From Fibrobacteria bacterium (GTDB taxonomy: Bacteria > Fibrobacterota > Fibrobacteria > UBA11236): a stretch of 64,000 nt of DNA. The stretch covers positions 64,001 to 128,000 of the forward strand of contig JAYTHY010000046.1 in NCBI GenBank assembly GCA_043732185.1. Reading direction: 5' to 3'. The notes under the pieces are model-generated. The model saw only the letters and a program-made list of their open reading frames with translations, made no database searches and had not been told where the DNA came from. Every line of letters begins with the position of its first letter. The first letter of the stretch is position 1. The translations under genes were made by a program, and so were the position numbers. Positions 9,949-19,909 of this stretch are shown here, in pieces.

Positions 9949-10942
9949 TGCAGCCAAAGTGGATATACAAGCCATTACAGAAAAAGTGAAGCAGGAAGGT
10001 GCCATGGTGCAGCGCATCATGGCTGAAATAGGCAATTCCGTAATCGGCCAAAAAAACATGTTGGAAAAACTAGTGATTGGCTTGCTGGCCGATGGCCATG
10101 TACTGCTGGAAGGCGTACCTGGATTGGCTAAAACCACTGCAGTCAAAGCTCTGGCTAATTCCGTAAATTGCCAGTTTAACCGCATTCAATTTACTCCCGA
10201 TTTGCTCCCGGCTGATTTGATCGGAACGCTGATCTTCAATCCCAAATCCGGTGAGTTCAATGTTAAAAAGGGTCCGGTATTCGCCAATATCGTCCTCGCT
10301 GATGAAATCAACCGCGCACCCTCGAAAGTGCAGTCGGCTTTATTGGAAGCCATGCAAGAAAAGCATGTTACCATTGGTGATACGACATACCCACTGTCCC
10401 CACTTTTTCTGGTGCTGGCCACTCAGAATCCTGTCGAACAGGAAGGCACCTATCCCCTACCGGAAGCCCAAGTGGATCGGTTTATGCTTAAAGTCACCAT
10501 GACCTACCCTACCAAGGAAGAGGAAAAAGCCATCGTCAATCTCGTGTCCGGAGAAGGTCTTCCTCAAGCTCGGAAAATGGCGACCGAAGCCGATATCCTT
10601 AGGGCCCGCAGCATTGTCAATGAAGTGTATATGGATGAAAAAATCCTGCACTATATCATCAACCTGGTGGCGGCCACCCGCGATCCAGCTGGACATGGAA
10701 TCAAAGATCTCGCTGGTTTAATTGAATACGGCGCTTCACCGCGTACCAGCATAAGCTTGGCCAAGGCTTCCAAAGCTCATGCACTTATTCGTGGTCGCGG
10801 CTATGTTACCCCGGAAGACGTCAAATCCATCGGCATGGAAGTCATGAAACATCGCCTCATTCTAAGCTATGAAGCAGAGGCCGAAGAAGTAAAATCTGAG
10901 AACGTTGTGCAACGCATTTTTGATAGCGTGGAAGTGCCCTAA
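9941..10942 (+). CDS. moxR: MoxR family AAA+ ATPase
   Basis: HVLLEGVPGLAKT, RIQFTPDLLPAD, ADEINR, ATQNP, YPLPEAQVDRF. Confidence 0.96.
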   Translation: MNSAAKVDIQAITEKVKQEGAMVQRIMAEIGNSVIGQKNMLEKLVIGLLADGHVLLEGVPGLAKTTAVKALANSVNCQFNRIQFTPDLLPADLIGTLIFNPKSGEFNVKKGPVFANIVLADEINRAPSKVQSALLEAMQEKHVTIGDTTYPLSPLFLVLATQNPVEQEGTYPLPEAQVDRFMLKVTMTYPTKEEEKAIVNLVSGEGLPQARKMATEADILRARSIVNEVYMDEKILHYIINLVAATRDPAGHGIKDLAGLIEYGASPRTSISLAKASKAHALIRGRGYVTPEDVKSIGMEVMKHRLILSYEAEAEEVKSENVVQRIFDSVEVP

Positions 10943-10946
10943 GCAT

Positions 10947-11834
10947 ATGTTGTCGAAGGAAGTCCTTAAGAAGGTTCACCAAATCGAAATCCGCACCAGC
11001 AGCATTGTGAATTCAGTGCTGTCGGGGGCGTATTCCTCGTCCTTTAAAGGGCAAGGCATGGAGTTCGCGGAAGTACGGGAATACGTACCTGGGGACGAAA
11101 TTAGATCCATCGATTGGAATGTCACCGCACGACACGGCACGCCGTATGTCAAAAAATTTATCGAAGAACGGGAACTCACCGTCATCCTGGTTGTAGATGC
11201 CAGCTCCTCTGGGGAATTCGGAAGCCAAACGGAAATGAAAGGCGAGGTAATGGCCACCATCAGCGCGTTGCTGGCCTTTTCCGCCATCAAGAACAACGAC
11301 AGAGTAGGCCTTTTGATTTTCACCTCGCAAGTTGAAAAATTCATTCCACCGCAAAAAGGGCGCAAACACGTACTGCGCGTTATCCGGGAATTGCTCTATT
11401 TCAAACCCAAGCAAAAGGGCACGGACTTGGCATTGGCTTTGGAATATTTGAACAGGATACTGACTCGTAGAGCTGTTATTTTCGTGGTTTCTGATTTCGC
11501 CACTGGGGATTTTGAAAAACCCATTAAACTTTTGAACCGGAAACACGATGGTGTGGCCATTACCGTCTGGGACCCGCGCGAACGCGAACTTCCCGACGTT
11601 GGATTCATTGAACTTGAAGATGCCGAAACAGGTGAAATCATTCTAGTCGATACCAGTGATGAGGATTTTCGCAAGACTTTTAAAAAGGAAGCACAAAAAG
11701 AAAGTTCAACACTGAAAAAACTTTTTCGTAAACTTCGTATGGATTTTATCGAGATTATCATTCAGCCCAAATATGACGACACCATTCACCCCCTGTTGGA
11801 ATACTTTCGTAAAAGGGCCGCTAAGCATGCTTAA
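10947..11834 (+). CDS. DUF58 domain (VWA-like) protein
   Basis: GMEFAEVREYVPGDEIRSIDWNVTAR, DASSS, SDF motifs; ATG at 10947. Confidence 0.93.
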   Translation: MLSKEVLKKVHQIEIRTSSIVNSVLSGAYSSSFKGQGMEFAEVREYVPGDEIRSIDWNVTARHGTPYVKKFIEERELTVILVVDASSSGEFGSQTEMKGEVMATISALLAFSAIKNNDRVGLLIFTSQVEKFIPPQKGRKHVLRVIRELLYFKPKQKGTDLALALEYLNRILTRRAVIFVVSDFATGDFEKPIKLLNRKHDGVAITVWDPRERELPDVGFIELEDAETGEIILVDTSDEDFRKTFKKEAQKESSTLKKLFRKLRMDFIEIIIQPKYDDTIHPLLEYFRKRAAKHA

Positions 11835-12765
11835 ATTCCTTTGGAACCCTTCCATTAGGGTTGGCGCTGTGTCCAGCCTGGCTATATTCATTATCGGTTG
11901 CAATTCACCCGGCGGAACCTCATTTTCTCGGGAGCAATACCGAGCCGCGGCCACGGCACTTTTTCAACAACAACTCTATCATGAAGCCGTTGACATGTAT
12001 GAAGTCTATTTGAAATCTTCAGTCATCCCACCGGAAGACGTGGTAAAAGTGCTTTACCAAATAGGCACCATTTACCAGGAAAATCTCCTCGACCCCAAGG
12101 CAGCATTGGCCAAATTCACGGTCGTTAAGGCCCTGTATCCGCAAGAAACATTCAACAATCAGCTGGGCAAGCGCATGGTTGCCTGCCTTGAGACCATGGG
12201 TCGCAGCATCGATGCCACTCAGGCTCGCTCCAGGATTACAGATTTGGTGGCGGATTCATCAAAAGCTCCTGCCGGTGGAGTGCACGGAAGCGCAACTGTT
12301 GTTGCCGAAGTGGACGGACGTAAAATCACTTTAGGTGAAATCGCTTCCATGGTTGGAAAGTTACCGGATGCACCTTTGGAGCTCAATCAGTTGGTGCGTG
12401 AATATGTGGCGCAAATACTGGTGGCCGAAGCGGCAAAACGGAAAGGTGTTGGCGACCGGCCAGAGGTAAAGCAACGGATTGGCCAGGTAGAAAATCAGAT
12501 CTTGGCGCAAGCGGGACTGGCAGACGAAATCAAGATTCAGCCGCCTTCAGGAAATGATATCAAATATTATTTCGAAGCCAATAAAGCCCGGTATCTTAAA
12601 GGCACCGATTCCAATGCCACCTTTGAATCCTTGGCACCAAAAGTACAGGCGGATTGGGCGCGTGAGAAACAAGGTGCCGAATACCAAAAATACGTCGAGC
12701 GACTGCTGCAAACTGCTAAGGTCAACTTTTTCAATCCCAATACGGGAGCAGCCACTCAGCCATGA
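11827..12765 (+). CDS. Lipoprotein: TPR domain fused to a SurA/PrsA-like chaperone module lacking the parvulin domain
   Basis: Lipobox-like FIIGC; TPR (VLYQIGTIY); VAEVDGRKIT...EAAKRKG...YYFEANK...FE pattern. Confidence 0.65.
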   Translation: MLKFLWNPSIRVGAVSSLAIFIIGCNSPGGTSFSREQYRAAATALFQQQLYHEAVDMYEVYLKSSVIPPEDVVKVLYQIGTIYQENLLDPKAALAKFTVVKALYPQETFNNQLGKRMVACLETMGRSIDATQARSRITDLVADSSKAPAGGVHGSATVVAEVDGRKITLGEIASMVGKLPDAPLELNQLVREYVAQILVAEAAKRKGVGDRPEVKQRIGQVENQILAQAGLADEIKIQPPSGNDIKYYFEANKARYLKGTDSNATFESLAPKVQADWAREKQGAEYQKYVERLLQTAKVNFFNPNTGAATQP

Positions 12766-13742
12766 TTTGCATTTTGCTAAAGCCCGTGCCGAATAGCATG
12801 ATACTGGCGGCATTGATTCTAAGTCTGACTTCCGCGCCCTTACGGGCGGATCTCCCTGTTGTCGCAGCCAATCAAAGCCAACCCACGCCCTCCTTGGACA
12901 TTTCGTCGCAGGTGGATAGAAGCGAAATCACTATTGGTGACCGCATTCAATATGAAATTAAAGTGGTGTATCCTAACCAAGGGCATGTAGAACTTCCTTC
13001 CGTTTTAGGCAATCTGGGTGCGTTCGAAGTCAAGGAATACCAAGTTTCTGAGCCCAAACCCGCCGGGAAACTGCAAATCCAAACCTGGCATTTCAATCTC
13101 TCTACCTTCACCGTAGGCAAATACACGCTGCCACCCCAACAAGTCGCCTACCGTAACGGCACGGATACGGCAGCAACGGTCTTTTTCACCCAACCGATTG
13201 AAATCAACGTCATTCGGACATCTCCGGAAACCGTAAAAGATATTGCCGATATTGCGCCACTCGCCAAAGTACCGGGAGGAAAACCTTGGCTGCTGTATGC
13301 TTTAGGTGGCCTGCTATTACTGGCGTTGGGCCTGATAGTGTGGAAACGAATACGGAAAAATACTTCGGTAAAATTGGAAAAGGCCCCTCTTCCCCCCTTC
13401 GAAGAAGCCATGGAGAAGCTCGCCGGTCTGAAAAATCTTGCACTACTGAAAGAAAATCAGGCCGGAGAATTTTGTTTCCAGCTTTCTGAGTTGCTGCGGC
13501 GGTTTATTTCAAGGCGCTTTGGCATTGATGCCTTAGAGTCTACTACCTCTGAATTTCTCGAGGATGTGCGCAAACTTCCCATTACCCGATCTCAAAAAGA
13601 ATGGTTGGAAAAATTTTGCGCCGCCACTGACCTGGTTAAATTTGCCGATGCGCCGCTGACGGTCAACGAAGCCGAATCCTGGATCCAACAAACTGAAGAT
13701 TTTCTTCAGCAAACCAAGCCGGTGGAAGGGGCTGAAAAATGA
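12762..13742 (+). CDS. BatD-like Ig domain, TM and helical domain protein of Bat operons
   Basis: ITIGDRIQYEIKV, DIADI, TM, ALESTTSE, DLVKFA. Confidence 0.75.
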   Translation: MICILLKPVPNSMILAALILSLTSAPLRADLPVVAANQSQPTPSLDISSQVDRSEITIGDRIQYEIKVVYPNQGHVELPSVLGNLGAFEVKEYQVSEPKPAGKLQIQTWHFNLSTFTVGKYTLPPQQVAYRNGTDTAATVFFTQPIEINVIRTSPETVKDIADIAPLAKVPGGKPWLLYALGGLLLLALGLIVWKRIRKNTSVKLEKAPLPPFEEAMEKLAGLKNLALLKENQAGEFCFQLSELLRRFISRRFGIDALESTTSEFLEDVRKLPITRSQKEWLEKFCAATDLVKFADAPLTVNEAESWIQQTEDFLQQTKPVEGAEK

Positions 13743-14737
13743 ACCTCCCCCATTTTCAGAATCCGGCATTTTTAATTGGATTGCTCATCATACCTTTCCT
13801 GGCGTGGGATTATTTCCGAAAGAACCAAAAGCGCACAGCCAGCATTCGCTTCCCTTCCCTCTCGATTATAAAACGGGTGCCCGTAAGCATGGCCTATCGT
13901 GCTCGCCATGTGCTTTTAATCTTACGCCTATGCGTCATTGCACTGTTATTTTTGGCCATGGCCCGTCCCCAGTATGGTGAAGCAATTGAAGACATCACCA
14001 CAAATGGAGTCGATATTGTTCTGGCCTTGGATATTTCCAGCTCCATGAAAACCATGGATTTTAAACCAAAGAATCGCCTGGTAGTCGCAAAACAGGTGAT
14101 TGAAAATTTTATCCTGGGGCGAAAAAACGATCGTATAGGACTGGTGGTTTTTTCCGGGAAAAGTTTTACCCAATGCCCACTCACCTTGGACTATGGAATC
14201 GTCGTCCAATTCCTTCGGCGCACTGATTTTGGAATGGTTGAGGATGGAACAGCAATTGGAACGGCAATCCTGAACGCCACCAACAGATTGCGCCAAAGCA
14301 GTGCCAAAAGCAAAATCATCATTCTTCTGACGGACGGAGCCAATAATTCGGGAGAAGTGGATCCAGTCACGGCCAGTAAAGCCGCCAAAGCTTTGGGCAT
14401 TAAAATTTATACCGTAGGTGTTGGCAAAGAAGGCGAACAGCCTATGGAAGTCGATGATCCCGTGTTTGGAAAGCGCATTGTCAGCGTGCGCACCGATGTC
14501 GACGCCCCTATGCTGCAATCCATCGCCAATCTAACCGGGGGGAAATTTTATCGCGCCCAGGATGCGCAAGCCTTGGAGGACATCTATAACACCATCGACA
14601 AATTGGAAAAAACTGAAATCAAAACCACGAATTATTACCGCTACCATGAACTCTTCCGGAATGTATTGATACTGGCACTCCTGCTCTTGCTGGTGGAAAT
14701 ATCCCTAGCCAACACTCGCTTCATGAAAATACCATGA
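13739..14737 (+). CDS. batA: BatA, VWA domain membrane protein
   Basis: BatA N-terminal double TM, LARPQ-like MARPQ, MIDAS DISSS, GTAIG, LLTDG. Confidence 0.92.
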   Translation: MNLPHFQNPAFLIGLLIIPFLAWDYFRKNQKRTASIRFPSLSIIKRVPVSMAYRARHVLLILRLCVIALLFLAMARPQYGEAIEDITTNGVDIVLALDISSSMKTMDFKPKNRLVVAKQVIENFILGRKNDRIGLVVFSGKSFTQCPLTLDYGIVVQFLRRTDFGMVEDGTAIGTAILNATNRLRQSSAKSKIIILLTDGANNSGEVDPVTASKAAKALGIKIYTVGVGKEGEQPMEVDDPVFGKRIVSVRTDVDAPMLQSIANLTGGKFYRAQDAQALEDIYNTIDKLEKTEIKTTNYYRYHELFRNVLILALLLLLVEISLANTRFMKIP

Positions 14738-15759
14738 GATTTGCAACTCCCCAGGCCTTCTGGCTATTGTTTACAATCCCGCTACTGGCCGGATTTTTCC
14801 TTTATGCGTTCATCAAAAAAGGACGGACGCTACGTAGATTCGCCCAGGTGGAAATGCTCAAACGCATGACGGATGCCATTTCGCGTGGACGCCAGATTTT
14901 CAAGGCCATCTTGATTCTATTAGTCGCGCTCTTTTCCGTATTGGCTTTAGCGCGCCCTCAATTTGGAACCAAAATGGAATTGATGCGCCGTAAAGGACTT
15001 GATGTTGTAGTCGCCATGGACGTATCGCTTTCTATGTATGCAGAGGACATCAAGCCCAACCGTTTGGCACGATCGAAACAAGAAATTGGAAAATTTATCG
15101 ATCGATTATCCAGCGATCGTGTGGCATTAGTGGCTTTTTCAGGCGAGGCTTTCCTCCAATGCCCATTGACCATGGACTATGGCGCCTTTAAAATTTTCTT
15201 GGATATTCTGGGTCCCGATCTTATTCAAACACCAGGCACCGATATCGCAAGTGCCCTGGAAACGTCACTCAAAGCCTTTGATCCAAAAGACAGAAAATAC
15301 CGGGTGGTAGTGCTCCTGACGGACGGTGAGGATCACAGCGGCCGGGCAGAAAAGTTAGCCGAAGAGGCAAGCCGACTAGGTGTTACCGTTTATACTGTCG
15401 GCATTGGATTAACCCAAGGCGTACCCATCCCGCTTAAAAATGAACAAGGCGAAGTGAGTTACAAGAAAGATTCCGAAGGCAATATTGTAACGACTAAACT
15501 GGACGAGGAACTGCTTCAAAAAATATCCCTCGCGACCAATGGAAAATATTATCATGCGGAACCGGGCCGTTTTGAGCTAGAGGAAATCCTGAAGGAAATC
15601 AACAAAATGGAGAAACGTGAATTAGAGTCCGAACGTATCAGCCAATACGAAGACCGGTTTCAAATTCCATTGGGTATTGCCATTGTCCTGCTCATCGGTG
15701 AAATGCTCATTTCCGATCGCAAGCGCCGTCGTAAGGAATGGTCGGGGAGGTTCACATGA
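14734..15759 (+). CDS. batB: BatB, VWA domain membrane protein
   Basis: LARPQFG, MIDAS DVSLS, PNRL, LLTDGEDH, GVPIP. Confidence 0.9.
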   Translation: MRFATPQAFWLLFTIPLLAGFFLYAFIKKGRTLRRFAQVEMLKRMTDAISRGRQIFKAILILLVALFSVLALARPQFGTKMELMRRKGLDVVVAMDVSLSMYAEDIKPNRLARSKQEIGKFIDRLSSDRVALVAFSGEAFLQCPLTMDYGAFKIFLDILGPDLIQTPGTDIASALETSLKAFDPKDRKYRVVVLLTDGEDHSGRAEKLAEEASRLGVTVYTVGIGLTQGVPIPLKNEQGEVSYKKDSEGNIVTTKLDEELLQKISLATNGKYYHAEPGRFELEEILKEINKMEKRELESERISQYEDRFQIPLGIAIVLLIGEMLISDRKRRRKEWSGRFT

Positions 15760-16637
15760 AACGGACAGTGTTGGCTCTCCTGTTATTGGTCTTTTCTTAC
15801 GCGCTGAGCCAAAACCAAATTGTACAACCGGACTCTAATACGGTTCAAAAAGGCGCTCCAGACTTATTGTCCCAATATGAAAAACCGAGTTCGACCAAAC
15901 CAAATTGGTTAGGTAAGTTATTAGGGATGCTGGGAGCCGGCGGTGCGCCCATTAAAAAGGCGGATAAAGCCTATTCAACGGGTGACTACGACCTTGCCCT
16001 GCAAAAATATGCAGAAGCTCAGCTTGACCAGCCGGAGTCTCAAGCGTTGGCGTATGATATTGGCAATGCACAATACCGGAAAAAGAAATACGAAGACGCG
16101 ATTGCTGCTTATAAGAAGGCTTTGAACGGTGACGATGCAGCGCTGGCAGCCAAGGCATATTACAACCTCGGAAATTCGGAATTTCGAAAAGGCGAATTCG
16201 CCATACAGTCCGGACACCAGGAAGGTATCGAGGATTATCGAGAAGCGATGGCGCATTATAAAAAATCACTCGAAGTGACTCCGGACAACAAAGATGCCAA
16301 ACGCAATATTGAAGTAGTGCAGGCGCGTATCAAGGAATTGCTGGACCGGCAAAAGCAAAAGCAAGACAAGCAAAAAGGGGATCCGCAAAAGCCCCCGGAG
16401 CCTAGTGAAAAAGCAAAGGAAGTTTTAGCCCGAGCTATGCAATTGGTGCAAGAGCGTCGCTACGCAGAGGCAAAGACCCTATTGGAAGACTTGATTCAAA
16501 AGGACGCAACCGCCGCATCCTATCAAAGTCATGTCCAACGCATTGATGACATTCTAAAAATAATGCGTGGGGAAGCACCCACGCCCCCTCAAAGCCAGGA
16601 CCCCAGGGCCTCTCAACCAGGAGTGGGGGTTATATGA
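15756..16637 (+). CDS. batC: BatC-like TPR protein (N-terminal TPR part)
   Basis: Signal peptide; YDIGNAQYR, YYNLGN, YKKSLEVTPDNKDAKRN; ATGA overlap with batB. Confidence 0.72.
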   Translation: MKRTVLALLLLVFSYALSQNQIVQPDSNTVQKGAPDLLSQYEKPSSTKPNWLGKLLGMLGAGGAPIKKADKAYSTGDYDLALQKYAEAQLDQPESQALAYDIGNAQYRKKKYEDAIAAYKKALNGDDAALAAKAYYNLGNSEFRKGEFAIQSGHQEGIEDYREAMAHYKKSLEVTPDNKDAKRNIEVVQARIKELLDRQKQKQDKQKGDPQKPPEPSEKAKEVLARAMQLVQERRYAEAKTLLEDLIQKDATAASYQSHVQRIDDILKIMRGEAPTPPQSQDPRASQPGVGVI

Positions 16638-17278
16638 AACGTTTAGATCAGATCACACCCTTACGCCTACTATTAACTTGCCTTTTGTTCATTGCTATTG
16701 GGACAAATTGGGCAGCAGGCCGATCAGCCATTGATTATTTGCATGGCGGCGCCGCCAAATATATTCAAGGCCGTTTGCAGGAGGCCTCGGTGGAAGTGGA
16801 GGAAGGGCTGCGGCTTTTTCCCAATGACTCCAAGCTAAAAGCCTTGGCGGGACAGCTTAAGAGCCTAAAAGACCAGAAGAAACAGGACCAAAGCGGCGAA
16901 GGCTCGCAAGGTGAGCAGGACTCCAAACCCAAAGAGGATAAAAAGGACAGCAGTAGCCAAGGCAACCAGCAAAACAAAGATCAAGCGAAAAAAGATCAAG
17001 AGAAAAAAGATCAAGACAAAAATCAGGGTAAAGAAAAAGAACAGGATAAAGCTAAGGAAAAGGAAAATGAGGCAAAGAAACAGGCTGAAGAGGGGAAAAA
17101 CAAAGACCAGAATAAGCCGGATTCAAGCGGCCAGGCTGCTGCCCCTGTCAAACCAGGTGAACTGAGTAAGGAAGAAGCAGAACGATTGCTAAATTCCTAT
17201 CAAGATGATGAAAAGCGAGAGCATCAGGAAATGCAACGCCGTCAAAAAAGCCCAGTAGGAGTGGAGAAGGATTGGTGA
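16634..17278 (+). CDS. Second BatC-like protein with Q/K/D/E-rich linker and EKDW terminus
   Basis: Signal peptide, one TPR-like hairpin, low-complexity linker, SKEEAERLL...VEKDW. Confidence 0.7.
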   Translation: MKRLDQITPLRLLLTCLLFIAIGTNWAAGRSAIDYLHGGAAKYIQGRLQEASVEVEEGLRLFPNDSKLKALAGQLKSLKDQKKQDQSGEGSQGEQDSKPKEDKKDSSSQGNQQNKDQAKKDQEKKDQDKNQGKEKEQDKAKEKENEAKKQAEEGKNKDQNKPDSSGQAAAPVKPGELSKEEAERLLNSYQDDEKREHQEMQRRQKSPVGVEKDW

Positions 17279-19080
17279 AAACCGAATATCAGAAAGTACG
17301 GAACTCACTCCGATTGGTTTTGTTGTTTCTGGTCACAGCCATAACTTGGTCGAAGGCTGAAATTTCAGCTGAAGCCAATATATCTGCCACACAGGTAGGC
17401 GTTGGCGAGGCCTTTCAACTTACCGTCCAAGTAACCGCAGATGAAGCCCTAGAAAACTTACCGTGGCCGATAGTGGAAAATCTGGATAAATTTACTGTAG
17501 CGAAAAATACCGGGACCACACGCAGTTCTCAGACCACCATTGTTAACGGTCGTATTTCCAATCGCAATCTTTTTGTGACACACTTTTCCTATACCCTGAC
17601 GGCACAGAAACCGGGAAGTTACCCCATTGGTCCCATCCGTTACACGTTTAAGAATTACGACAAAACCCTGGGAAGCGCCACTGTCACGGTGGTCAAACAA
17701 GAGGCTGGGCTTACCACAGAATCCACATTGAGCAAACGATCGGCATTTGTTGGTGAACAGGTCCTTTATAACCTGCGAATCATCCCCTCCCAGGGCGTTC
17801 AGCAAATCAATCTCGCGCAAGATTTACAAAAATTGATTGGGGAGAAATTCTGGTTCCAACGTTTGGATAAAAATGTGGAGCCTAAGGTGGTGAAAATTGC
17901 CGGCCAGGATACACGTGTTTACGATATACGCATTGTGCTCTTCCCTTTACTTACCGGTAAAGCAGAATTGTCCGGTATTCCAGTCGATTATCAACAGATC
18001 AGCCGAAGCCAAAAACGTCGGCAGGGCTCCGTATTCGATATGTTCGATGAAAGTTTCTTCGGCGGTGCAGGATCCGTTGTGGCATTAAAAGCCTTAGCCA
18101 GCCCCATCTCCATGGATGTCCATCCCCTACCCGCTGGAACCCCCTCTGACTTTACAGGTGCGGTGGGAAACTTCACTATTTCTGCTACCACGGATAAAGC
18201 ATCACTGCCCTCAGGCGATGCGTTGACATTGACCGTAACCATTCGCGGGGACGGCGAACCGAAAACCGTTACCAAACCACGCTTACCGGATCTCGCCCAG
18301 TTTGAAGTCTTCGACCCGGAAGTGGCGACCTCCAGCACCATTCAAGGCAGTACATTGGTTTCCATAAAGACGTTTAAATATGTCATTGTTCCCCATCGCA
18401 AAGGGGAATACACTTTAGCGCCAGTTGTGTTTCCCTATTTTGATCCAGCCCGGCGGGTATATGCCGAGGCGAAATCCCAACCCATCACCCTTTCCGTTTC
18501 GGAAGGCAAAGAAATTTCCGCCACCCAGGGGCGCGTAATGAGTCAGAGGGAAATCACGGATATAGGTTCCGATATTCGCCATATTAAAGTCGGCGCTGCC
18601 CCATTAAGAAATGAAGATGACTTTTTATACCATAGACCCTGGTTCTGGTTGCTTTTTCCACCGACACCGACTGCCTTTGCTTTGCTGCTTCTGGTACGCC
18701 GCCGCAATCGAAAACTGGCTTCCGATTCAACCCTTAAGCGTAAGACCCAAGCCAGTGCTCAATTGAAACGCCGTCTAAAAGAGGCGAATGAGGCGTTGAA
18801 ACAAAAAAATGCACATGAATTCTACAAAGCGCTCTCCCAGGCCGTGGTAGGCTTTGCCAGTGACAAATTGAATCTGGAATTCAGGGGAATGATCATGGAC
18901 GAGGCCAAATTGAAACTCACGCAGCGTGGGCTTTCATCCGCCATGGCCGAAGAATATGAAAAGTTAATCCAGCTCTGTGATTTTGGTCAATTTGGCGGCA
19001 CAGAGAGAGACGATAGCGCCTGGAACGCCGCTTTGGACACTGCCGAAACGCTCCTTAGAAAATTGGATCGGGAATTATGA
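17272..19080 (+). CDS. batD: BatD family protein
   Basis: VGEAFQLTV, SSQTTIVNG, FVGEQV, FTGAVGNF, YFDP, DIRHIK, C-terminal TM. Confidence 0.92.
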   Translation: MVKTEYQKVRNSLRLVLLFLVTAITWSKAEISAEANISATQVGVGEAFQLTVQVTADEALENLPWPIVENLDKFTVAKNTGTTRSSQTTIVNGRISNRNLFVTHFSYTLTAQKPGSYPIGPIRYTFKNYDKTLGSATVTVVKQEAGLTTESTLSKRSAFVGEQVLYNLRIIPSQGVQQINLAQDLQKLIGEKFWFQRLDKNVEPKVVKIAGQDTRVYDIRIVLFPLLTGKAELSGIPVDYQQISRSQKRRQGSVFDMFDESFFGGAGSVVALKALASPISMDVHPLPAGTPSDFTGAVGNFTISATTDKASLPSGDALTLTVTIRGDGEPKTVTKPRLPDLAQFEVFDPEVATSSTIQGSTLVSIKTFKYVIVPHRKGEYTLAPVVFPYFDPARRVYAEAKSQPITLSVSEGKEISATQGRVMSQREITDIGSDIRHIKVGAAPLRNEDDFLYHRPWFWLLFPPTPTAFALLLLVRRRNRKLASDSTLKRKTQASAQLKRRLKEANEALKQKNAHEFYKALSQAVVGFASDKLNLEFRGMIMDEAKLKLTQRGLSSAMAEEYEKLIQLCDFGQFGGTERDDSAWNAALDTAETLLRKLDREL

Positions 19081-19865
19081 AAGTGTTACGCCATTTTTCC
19101 AAATTGACCATAGCGGTACTTTTGCTTTCAGTATTTTCCCTGGCCAATCAAAGTTCCAGTGAAGGACTGAACCGGGCTACCCTGGCATATGATCAAGGCA
19201 ATACAGCCTATGAGAAAACCGAGTACTCGCAAGCGGCGGATTTGTACCGTCAAGCCATCGACCAAGGGGTAGCGGATTCTCGACTCTTTTATAATTATGC
19301 CAACAGCCTCTTCCGGCTTAACCAATTAGGCATGGCTATACTCTATCTGGAGAAAGCTCATAAACTCAATCCCGATGACGAAGATATCGCCTTCAATCTG
19401 CGTTTCATCAACGCACAAATCGTCGACAAGAATCCCATTCCGGAGTCCAATTTCCTTACCAAAATGCTCTGGTACTTGCACAGTTCCTATTCCATAAATC
19501 AAGGTCTTTGGATTTGTTTGGGGCTGTTCGCAAGTATTTTTTTGGCCGCAACGGCTGCGTTGTTTGCTGGACCCGGCTTGCGGGGCTTTCTATACACAAT
19601 CATGAGTGTGTCCGCCCTAACCCTGGTTATCATCGGGCCATCCCTTTTCTACAAAGTCCGGCAACAAGAGACCTTGCAATATGGAATTGTGCTGAAGGCG
19701 GCCATTGAAATGTTCAGTGGACCTGGAGAGAGCTTCCAAGTTTTAACCAAGGTTCACGAAGGAACCAAGTTTGAAATCGTGGAAACCCGCGGTGATTGGG
19801 TATCGGTAAAATTGGCGAATGGAAAAGGGGGATTTGTGCGTCTGGCCGATTTAGGTAAAGTCTAG
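19077..19865 (+). CDS. batE: BatE (TPR + two TM + SH3)
   Basis: YNYANSLFRLNQLGMAILYLEKA, FNL, C-terminal SH3 (KVHEGTKF..W...GFV). Confidence 0.9.
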   Translation: MKVLRHFSKLTIAVLLLSVFSLANQSSSEGLNRATLAYDQGNTAYEKTEYSQAADLYRQAIDQGVADSRLFYNYANSLFRLNQLGMAILYLEKAHKLNPDDEDIAFNLRFINAQIVDKNPIPESNFLTKMLWYLHSSYSINQGLWICLGLFASIFLAATAALFAGPGLRGFLYTIMSVSALTLVIIGPSLFYKVRQQETLQYGIVLKAAIEMFSGPGESFQVLTKVHEGTKFEIVETRGDWVSVKLANGKGGFVRLADLGKV

Positions 19866-19909
19866 TTCCTTTTCAATTACAATTACTGTCACTATCCATC
19901 AAGGACCGA

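Noticed and set aside
16865..17125. A-rich quasi-repeats (AAAGATCAAG) resembling a repeat array
   Set aside because: Explained by the low-complexity K/D/Q/E linker; no constant repeat with unique spacers, so not CRISPR
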